Source: an uncultured bacterium (GTDB lineage Bacteria > Caldisericota > Caldisericia > B22-G15). Taken from it: a DNA stretch of 24,961 bases. Location of the stretch: NCBI GenBank assembly GCA_965612865.1, contig CBFDTJ010000015.1:1-24961 (forward strand), written 5' to 3'. Positions 19,089-24,961 of this stretch are shown one piece after another (position 1 is the first letter of the stretch; every line of letters starts with the position of its first letter). A program made the translations under genes and the position numbers. The notes under the pieces are model-generated. The model had not been told where the DNA came from. It saw nothing but the letters and a program-made list of their open reading frames with translations, and searched no databases.

Positions 19089-19998
19089 AGTTTCCCTTGG
19101 CAGTGCAGTTTTATTAAAGTTAATGGATAAAAGGGTTGATTATCTTCCCACAACAATTTATGTTATGACACCGGGTAAGTGTGTAAAAAGCTGTAAGTAC
19201 TGCACTGAAGCAAAAGATTCCTCCTCTCTTCCCCATATGCTTTCAAGGGTGGTATGGCCTCCCTTTCCCATAAGTGATGTAACAGATAGAGTAAAGGATG
19301 GAAACTTTAAAAGACTCTGCATACAAACTGTAAACAACAGAAATTCAAACAAAGTGGTTGAGAAGGTTTTAAAGGAAATTTCAACTTACATTCCAGTATC
19401 CATCTGTATAAACACATATTCAGAAAAACTTATAGATAAACTTTTCCTTCTTGGTGCAGAGAGGGTCGGATTGCCAATTGATGTTGCAAATCCAGAACTA
19501 CATAAGACTCTCAGAGAAGGAGATTTCTTTAAGAAACTTCAATTCATTTTAAAAATGGGTGATAAGCACAAGGGGAGAATTACAACACACATAATAGTGG
19601 GTCTTGGTGAAAACGACAGAGAGATTCTGTCCCTTTATGAAACATTTACAAAAAATGGAATAAAGGTTGCTCTCTTTGCATTCACTCCTGTAAGAGGAAC
19701 AGAACTTCAAGACTTAAACCCTCCAGATATTGTAAGATACAGAAAGATTCAGGTTGCTACAAAGCTCATAGAGAAAGGTGTTCCTCTATCAGAGTTTGAG
19801 TTTGAAGAAAATAGACTCCTTAAACTGCCGAAAATCTCTATAGATGAACTAAAAAAACTCAATCCGTTTGTTACAAGAGGATGTCCAGACTGCAATAGAC
19901 CTTATTACAATGAGAAACCAAAAGGCACCATGTATAACTATCCTTACAAATTGAGTGAGGAGGAATGGGAAAAGGAAATTTCCCTCTTAAAATTATAA
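19063..19998 (+). CDS. lipS2: Radical SAM protein, LipS2-type lipoyl synthase subunit
   Basis: CVKSCKYC (CX3CX2C), LSRVVWP, RLCIQTV, LFAFTP and TRGCPDCNRPYYNE (LipS2 TXGCPXC(N/D)RP motif). Confidence 0.83.
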   Translation: MSVESSILRVSLGSAVLLKLMDKRVDYLPTTIYVMTPGKCVKSCKYCTEAKDSSSLPHMLSRVVWPPFPISDVTDRVKDGNFKRLCIQTVNNRNSNKVVEKVLKEISTYIPVSICINTYSEKLIDKLFLLGAERVGLPIDVANPELHKTLREGDFFKKLQFILKMGDKHKGRITTHIIVGLGENDREILSLYETFTKNGIKVALFAFTPVRGTELQDLNPPDIVRYRKIQVATKLIEKGVPLSEFEFEENRLLKLPKISIDELKKLNPFVTRGCPDCNRPYYNEKPKGTMYNYPYKLSEEEWEKEISLLKL

Positions 19999-20744
19999 AC
20001 TGGGGATGCTTTTCTCCCTACAGAAATATGGCAATTGACGAAGCACTTCTTGCTTCAAGAAGAGAAGATAACTCCATTATCTTTAGAGTTTATGGATGGA
20101 AACCCTACAGCGTTTCCATTGGTTTTTTTCAACCTGTAGAAGAGATAAACCTGGAGTATCTCAAAGAAAAAAATATCCCCTTTGTAAGAAGACCCACTGG
20201 CGGAAAGGGAGTTTACCATGCAAATGAAATAACATACTCCATCGTGATACCCTCATCTCATGAAATCTATAAATTAAGCACTGTAGAATCCTTTAAAGTC
20301 ATCTCAAGAATATTCTTAAATTTTTTAACGAGACTGGGACTTAAACCTCAGATTACAAAAAAGAGTGGAGGAAAACATGGTTTTTGTTTTTCCTCCTCCA
20401 ACTACTACGAAATATCTATCTATGGAAAAAAGATTGTTGGTTCTGCCCAGAGGAGAAGGAAAGAGGGGATTCTTCAACATGGTTCAATTCCCATAACCCT
20501 TGAGGTGGAGGAGATAAAAAGAATTTTTTATTTAAAGGATATCTCTTTCTTTACGTCTCTTGATAGGTACCTACCCCATGTAAAACTTCAATGGCTTCTT
20601 GACATTCTTGCCAGTGAGGTAAAGGAACTATTTGGAAAAGACGGAGCTACCTATTTAAAAGAGCCTGAAGAAGGTATTATTGACCTTGTAGATAAGCTTG
20701 AGAAGGAAAAGTACAGCACCCATTCATGGAATTACAGAATATAG
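19965..20744 (+). CDS. Lipoate-protein ligase / octanoyltransferase (LplA/LipM-like, catalytic domain only)
   Basis: NMAIDEALL, VSIGFFQ, VRRPTGGKGVYH, YSIV, CF, KKIVGSAQRR and LQHGSI. At 259 aa it lacks the LplA C-terminal accessory domain. Confidence 0.88.
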   Translation: MGKGNFPLKIINWGCFSPYRNMAIDEALLASRREDNSIIFRVYGWKPYSVSIGFFQPVEEINLEYLKEKNIPFVRRPTGGKGVYHANEITYSIVIPSSHEIYKLSTVESFKVISRIFLNFLTRLGLKPQITKKSGGKHGFCFSSSNYYEISIYGKKIVGSAQRRRKEGILQHGSIPITLEVEEIKRIFYLKDISFFTSLDRYLPHVKLQWLLDILASEVKELFGKDGATYLKEPEEGIIDLVDKLEKEKYSTHSWNYRI

Positions 20745-20831
20745 AAAAAGAGTTTAAATAACATTCGTTTAAATGGTTACAAATTGAGCATAAAACCACA
20801 TATTAAAAGTTTTTCCTGCACATGAAAACTC

Positions 20832-20859
20832 TTGACAATTGGACCAAAAGATATAAAAT
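20832..20859 (+). promoter_or_regulatory. Sigma70-type promoter for the DUF1116-cyclase operon
   Basis: TTGACA (20832-20837), 16-nt spacer, TAAAAT (20854-20859). Confidence 0.7.
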
Positions 20860-20865
20860 AGAAAT

Positions 20866-21035
20866 TGGTTAAAACTTTCAGTAAGGTAGGTGAAAGATTG
20901 CTCAAATGTAGTCTTTGTTTAACAAAAGAGTTGGTTCAAATACGCGGGTTAAAAAACCTACCTTCACATAACACCTCATTTTTTGAAATCCACAAAATTT
21001 TTTTTAATAAAAAAATAAAAGGAGGTGCATAAGTG
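20866..21035 (+). promoter_or_regulatory. Long structured 5' leader, candidate cis-regulatory RNA
   Basis: AAGGTAGGT/ACCTACCTT stem, a competing CTTTCA/TGAAAG hairpin, and CACCTC complementary to the GGAGGTG SD. Confidence 0.4.
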
Positions 21036-22277
21036 GTAGACATTGAAAAGGCCAATCAGGAGGCTTTAAAACGTGTTCTTGATGCACAACCAGTCTGGGT
21101 AGATATCCAAAAAGCTATCGATGTTATTCCTGGAATGAAAAAGAATATGCTTTTACACGCAGGACCACCTGTTACCTGGGAAAGAATGAGCGGACCACAG
21201 AAGGGTGCAGTTATGGGAGCTCTTGTGTATGAAGGTCTTGCTAAAACCCCAGAAGAGGCAGCAGAGCTTGCTGCATCTGGTGAAATCATATTTGAACCCA
21301 ACCATCATCATCGTGCAGTTGGGCCAATGGCTGGTATTATTTCTCCATCCATGCCTGTTGCTGTTATTAAGAATGAAACTTTTGGAAACGAAGCTTACTG
21401 TAATTTAAATGAGGGAATTGGTAAAGTGCTTAGAATGGGTGCCTACTCTCCTGATGTTATTGAAAGACTTAAATGGATGGAAGAAGTAGAACTTCCAGTT
21501 CTTCAGAAGGCAATAAGAAAAGCTGGAAAGATTGAGATGAAACCAATTATGGCAGAGGCTCTTACAATGGGCGATGAACTTCACAATAGAAGTAGGGCTG
21601 CATCATATCTTCTCTTTGCAAAGATCACTCCATATCTTCTCCAGACAATGGATGATATTAAAAAGACCAACGATGTAATTGATTTTATGTTTGCGAATAT
21701 CCACACATTCCTTCCATTTGTAATGGCAAGCTGTAAGGCAAGTCTTGACCCTGCAAGGAACATTGAGGGAAGCTCAATGGTCGTTGTTATGGCAAGGAAT
21801 GGAACAGATTGGGGCATTCAGGTATCAGGACTTGGAGATGAGTGGTTTACAGCACCATCACCTATTCCAGATGTACTTTTATTCCCTGGATTTAAGAAAG
21901 AGGATGTCGGTGGAGACATCGGTGATAGTGCAATTATGGAAACAAATGGACTTGGAGGAATGGCAATTGCGGCAGCACCAGCAATCATTAAGTTTGTAGG
22001 TGGCACCGTTAAACTTGCAGTGAATAAGAACCGTGAGATGTATGAAATTACAGTGGGAGAGAATAACGCTTTTAAGATTCCATACTTTGACTTCAGAGGA
22101 ACACCAACAGGCGTAGATATTTTGAAGGTTGTTCAGAAGAATATACCACCATTCCTTGATACAGGTGTTGCTCACAAGGATCCAGGAATTGGTCAGGTTG
22201 GAGCAGGACTTGTTGATGCTCCAATGGAGTGCTTCAAGAAAGCAGTTGTTGCTTTCTCCAAAAAATACGGAAGTTAA
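21033..22277 (+). CDS. DUF1116 family protein (YlbE/AllG/YahG-like)
   Basis: LLHAGPP, HHRAVGPMAG, NEGIGKVLRMGA, ALTMGDELHNR, MARNGTDWGI, DIGDSAIMET, FRGTPTGVD, TGVAHKDPGIGQVGAG. GGAGGTG SD with GTG start. Confidence 0.88.
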   Translation: MVDIEKANQEALKRVLDAQPVWVDIQKAIDVIPGMKKNMLLHAGPPVTWERMSGPQKGAVMGALVYEGLAKTPEEAAELAASGEIIFEPNHHHRAVGPMAGIISPSMPVAVIKNETFGNEAYCNLNEGIGKVLRMGAYSPDVIERLKWMEEVELPVLQKAIRKAGKIEMKPIMAEALTMGDELHNRSRAASYLLFAKITPYLLQTMDDIKKTNDVIDFMFANIHTFLPFVMASCKASLDPARNIEGSSMVVVMARNGTDWGIQVSGLGDEWFTAPSPIPDVLLFPGFKKEDVGGDIGDSAIMETNGLGGMAIAAAPAIIKFVGGTVKLAVNKNREMYEITVGENNAFKIPYFDFRGTPTGVDILKVVQKNIPPFLDTGVAHKDPGIGQVGAGLVDAPMECFKKAVVAFSKKYGS

Positions 22278-22309
22278 TTATAAATAATTTAATATAAGGA
22301 GGTAGTAAA

Positions 22310-23950
22310 ATGACCAATGAGGAATTCTTAGAGTTGATGAAGAAGGCGAAGCTTTATGACCTCACTCAGCCTCTTAGCATCTTCACACCTCCATGGCCTC
22401 ATGACAAAGCACTTGAGATTCACTTCTTTAAGAGAGTAACCGGAGCCTATGGAGGAGGCCAGGGTGCAAACGGTCAGATCTTAAACTGGAGCAACACCAC
22501 AGGAACACACCTTGTTGGAGAAACTGCCTATCATTCTGGTGGTCGTGCAATAAGCGATGTTACACTTAAAGAACTCTCAGGACCTGGTGTCGTAGTTGAT
22601 ATATCAGATATGGTATCAGATTACAGTGTTTACACTCCTGAAATGATAATGAAGAAGGCAGATGTAAAAGAAGGAGACATTCTCATTATCTATACAGGAT
22701 ACAGCAAATACTCATGGGAGAAGCCAGACTCCAGCGAATTCCACTATCTTGTAAGACACCCAGGACCCTCCATGGACTTCTTCGAGTGGGCAATGAAGAT
22801 GAAACTCAAATGGGTCGGTGTTGACTGCGGAATGATTGAGCACCCGATGAATACCCCAATAAGATGGTGGCATGAAAGAGATTTCAAGAAGGCACAGGAG
22901 AAGTTAAGGAAGGATTTCGGAAAAGAATGGGGAGAAATGTTCCCTGAGGAAGATTACTATGAGTTAATGCACATAAAGGTTCCAAAGTCTCACCTTCTGT
23001 TTGTTGAAAGCATCGGCGGAGACATTGATAAGGTAAAAGGAAAGAGACTCTGGATTGCAGCAGAGCCAATTCCATTTATGGAGACTGAATCTGCATGGGC
23101 AAGGGTTGTGGCATACGAAGCTCCAGAAGGAATGGACAACAATGAGTTCATCCAGATTATGGAATCAATGGAACAGTATGACTTAACCATCCCATTCAGT
23201 GTAAGAACACCACAGTGGTTAAACTACGAGCCTCTCTCTGTAAAGTATCATAAGAGAGTTGGTGGTCAGCAGTTTGGACTTGGAAGAAATTCATCCATCT
23301 GTAATGCAAGTATTCACCTTGCAACACACATGGATGGTGAAAAGCACTTCTATCCAGCAGGAAGAACAATCGGTGAAACTCCACTTGAGGATTGGGTTGG
23401 ACCAGGAGTTATAGCAGATATCTCTGATATGGTAAGTAACTCCAGTGTTTACACCCCAGATATGATAAAGAAGGTTGTTGATATCCGTGAAGGTGACATC
23501 CTCGTTATAAAGACTGGATGGCACAAGTATGGATGGAACAGCCCTGATTCAGACGAGTTCAGATACATGGTTAAGCATCCAGGACCATCCCCTGACTTTG
23601 CTCAGTGGGCACTTGATATGAAGATAAAATGGATTGGAGTTGACGCTGTAAGTGCTGACCATCCAATGAACACAATAATGAGAATCTGGCATCCAAGAAC
23701 ATTTGAAGAGGCAAACAGAAAACTCATTGAGCAGTTTGGTAAGGATTGGGACGAGATGTATCCAATTGATGAGTTCTATCAGGTAATGCACATTAAGCTC
23801 TTCCCGAAACACCTGGTACACGCTGAAAACCTTGCAGGAGACATTGCTCACCTTCCAAGCGGAAGATACTACATCGCAGCCTTCGTCGTTAAGGGTATGG
23901 AACTTGAGTCAGCTTGGGGTAGATTTGTTGCCTGGAAGATGAAGGAGTAA
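22310..23950 (+). CDS. Cyclase-family (kynurenine formamidase-like) metallohydrolase with two tandem domains
   Basis: Two approx. 273-aa repeats, each with YDLT, GPGV..DISD, EGDIL.I.TG, HPGPS, KW.GVD and HPMNT. Domain 2 has HLATHMD, while domain 1 has TTGTHLV at the same position. Confidence 0.88.
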   Translation: MTNEEFLELMKKAKLYDLTQPLSIFTPPWPHDKALEIHFFKRVTGAYGGGQGANGQILNWSNTTGTHLVGETAYHSGGRAISDVTLKELSGPGVVVDISDMVSDYSVYTPEMIMKKADVKEGDILIIYTGYSKYSWEKPDSSEFHYLVRHPGPSMDFFEWAMKMKLKWVGVDCGMIEHPMNTPIRWWHERDFKKAQEKLRKDFGKEWGEMFPEEDYYELMHIKVPKSHLLFVESIGGDIDKVKGKRLWIAAEPIPFMETESAWARVVAYEAPEGMDNNEFIQIMESMEQYDLTIPFSVRTPQWLNYEPLSVKYHKRVGGQQFGLGRNSSICNASIHLATHMDGEKHFYPAGRTIGETPLEDWVGPGVIADISDMVSNSSVYTPDMIKKVVDIREGDILVIKTGWHKYGWNSPDSDEFRYMVKHPGPSPDFAQWALDMKIKWIGVDAVSADHPMNTIMRIWHPRTFEEANRKLIEQFGKDWDEMYPIDEFYQVMHIKLFPKHLVHAENLAGDIAHLPSGRYYIAAFVVKGMELESAWGRFVAWKMKE

Positions 23951-23965
23951 AAAGGGTATAAACTT

Positions 23966-23996
23966 AAAAAGCCCCAGGAATTCCTGGGGCTTTTTT
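23966..23996. terminator. Bidirectional intrinsic terminator
   Basis: Perfect 30-bp palindrome AAAAAGCCCCAGGAATTCCTGGGGCTTTTT between convergent genes, with T-tails on both strands. Confidence 0.9.
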
Positions 23997-24014
23997 ATTT
24001 GTTTCTCTTTTAAA

Positions 24015-24755
24015 CTAAACCTCTATCTCGTCTGGAACAATTATCTTTTCGTTCTTCTTTATGAGTTCCTCTGGTGGGTTGGGTTTGAAGAATGAGCCGT
24101 GTGCCACATGCTCAAGGTAGTCTTTCTTGATTTCCTCTTCCCACTGCTTCTTTGAGAGGTAGAATATCTTTGCTCCACCAAGCTCATGCTGATACTCAGG
24201 CCATGGATATGTTGGAAGTGCCATACGGAGTCCACCAAGTCTCCAGCCATTGTAACTTTCAAATGTTGCCCAGAACTCTTCATTTCCGCATATCTCAAAA
24301 GCATACCATGCCTTTGCATAGAATAAAACTGCACCGGCATTAACTTTTCTCTTGAATGCCATGGTGTGGAGAGAAATATTCACTTTCTCGTCTCTTATTC
24401 TTCCATTGGCCATCCCTACTGGAACTCCATTCTCTAAGCCAAGGAAGAAATACTCATCTTTCATTCTTTTTCTTTTAATAGCAAGAAGTTCTGCAAAAAC
24501 TCTTGCTCCAACGATGTCATAAAAATCATACTCAACATCAAGGTATTTTTTAATAAAAGCAAGCATTGGATCGATCTCTTCTTCCTTGATTGGGCGAATC
24601 AAAATCTGATGTTTGTTCCCTTCTCTGTCAACAATCTCTGACCACATTGGTGGCATTTCTGGAGCATTTAAAGGTGCCTGAACAAGTCCCTCTAACCACT
24701 CTGCTTTAAATGTGTACTCAGTCTTTCTTAATTTTGCTGGAATTGGTTTTTTCAT
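24015..24755 (-). CDS. Hypothetical protein, probable GNAT-fold (N-acyltransferase-like)
   Basis: AAGGAGGT SD. The pattern ILIRPIKEEEI / FFLGLENGVPVGMA / AGAVLFYAKAWYAFEICG / C-terminal IFYLSKKQW resembles RimJ-like GNAT topology. Confidence 0.6.
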   Translation of the reverse strand: MKKPIPAKLRKTEYTFKAEWLEGLVQAPLNAPEMPPMWSEIVDREGNKHQILIRPIKEEEIDPMLAFIKKYLDVEYDFYDIVGARVFAELLAIKRKRMKDEYFFLGLENGVPVGMANGRIRDEKVNISLHTMAFKRKVNAGAVLFYAKAWYAFEICGNEEFWATFESYNGWRLGGLRMALPTYPWPEYQHELGGAKIFYLSKKQWEEEIKKDYLEHVAHGSFFKPNPPEELIKKNEKIIVPDEIEV

Positions 24756-24788
24756 GGTGCCTCTACCTCCTTAAAGTTTTCTATTTAA

Positions 24789-24817
24789 ATTTTATGGTTA
24801 AATCCTTTCAATGTCAA
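24789..24817 (-). promoter_or_regulatory. Sigma70-type promoter for the GNAT-like gene
   Basis: Minus strand TTGACA (24817-24812), 17-nt spacer, TAAAAT (24794-24789). Confidence 0.8.
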
Positions 24818-24892
24818 TAAAATCTAAATTTCACACTAACCCCCAACCTCAAAGTTTCGTTGTAAGATAAAATTTGAGGAATGATGGCAAAC

Positions 24893-24961
24893 CTGTCTCT
24901 TATACACATCTGACGCTGCCGACGAAGGCTTAGGTGTAGATCTCGGTGGTCGCCGTATCAT
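24893..24961 (-). other. Tn5 mosaic end plus Nextera i5/P5 adapter (library artefact)
   Basis: CTGTCTCTTATACACATCT (24893-24911), GACGCTGCCGACGA, index AGGCTTAG (24926-24933; reverse complement CTAAGCCT, Nextera 508), GTGTAGATCTCGGTGGTCGCCGTATCAT (P5 reverse complement). Confidence 0.99.

Noticed and set aside
18273..19998. Radical SAM pair as biotin synthase, HydE/PylB or RiPP maturases
   Set aside because: LipS1/LipS2 motifs and the gcvH/lipoate-ligase context explain them better.
20745..21032. Known riboswitch (glycine, purine, guanidine), T-box, tRNA or CRISPR array in the largest intergenic gap
   Set aside because: No consensus of these classes and no regularly spaced repeats are visible. 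Kept only as a candidate novel leader.
23120..23134. Internal translation start at Met275 of the cyclase gene (AGAAGGA before ATG 23132)
   Set aside because: The purine run abuts the ATG with no spacer and there is no upstream stop, so it is treated as a fusion junction rather than a separate gene.
797..24343. Numerous 60-140-aa alternative-frame or antisense ORFs in the ORF track (e.g. 8186-8602, 5902-6249, 4222-4482)
   Set aside because: They are shadows of well-supported genes, with no recognisable motifs or evident SD sites.
24832..24892. Minus-strand open frame fragment (...FAIIPQILSYNETLRLGLV*) and CCTCAAA/TTTGAGG inverted repeat (24847-24879)
   Set aside because: Could be the 3' end of a truncated upstream gene or a hairpin, but it is too short to support a call.
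52..24911. 19-bp terminal inverted repeats suggesting a Tn5-like composite transposon spanning the window
   Set aside because: They are flanked by Illumina P7/P5 and index sequences, and there is no transposase. Library artefact.

Overview
Low-GC (visually about 35-38%) bacterial contig with consensus sigma70-type promoters and GGAGG Shine-Dalgarno sites. Both ends are untrimmed Illumina Nextera adapters (1-70 and 24893-24961), so the biological insert is 71-24892. In order, it holds: (1) a 5'-truncated nucleotide-sugar dehydrogenase, two small unknown or membrane genes, rsmA and ispE, with ispE overlapping a convergent lgt by 125 bp; (2) a 1259-aa secreted, Cys-rich multidomain protein with a gluzincin HEXXH...E motif and a C-terminal copper-amine-oxidase-like 'stalk' domain; (3) a tldD/pmbA pair; (4) a four-subunit 2-oxoacid (probably pyruvate):ferredoxin oxidoreductase operon; (5) gcvT-H-PA-PB coupled to two radical SAM genes bearing LipS1/LipS2 lipoyl-synthase motifs and a lipoate ligase/octanoyltransferase, with no lipA or lpdA in the window; (6) an uncharacterised module of a DUF1116 (YlbE/AllG-like) gene, a tandem-duplicated cyclase-family hydrolase with one degenerate metal site, and a convergent GNAT-like gene. 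The DUF1116 gene has a structured leader of about 165 nt with an anti-SD element, and the module's two promoters share a motif. The K/E-rich proteins and the stalk-domain protein suggest a thermophilic anaerobe, possibly Caldisericota-like; this is inference only. No rRNA, tRNA, CRISPR array or mobile element was recognised.
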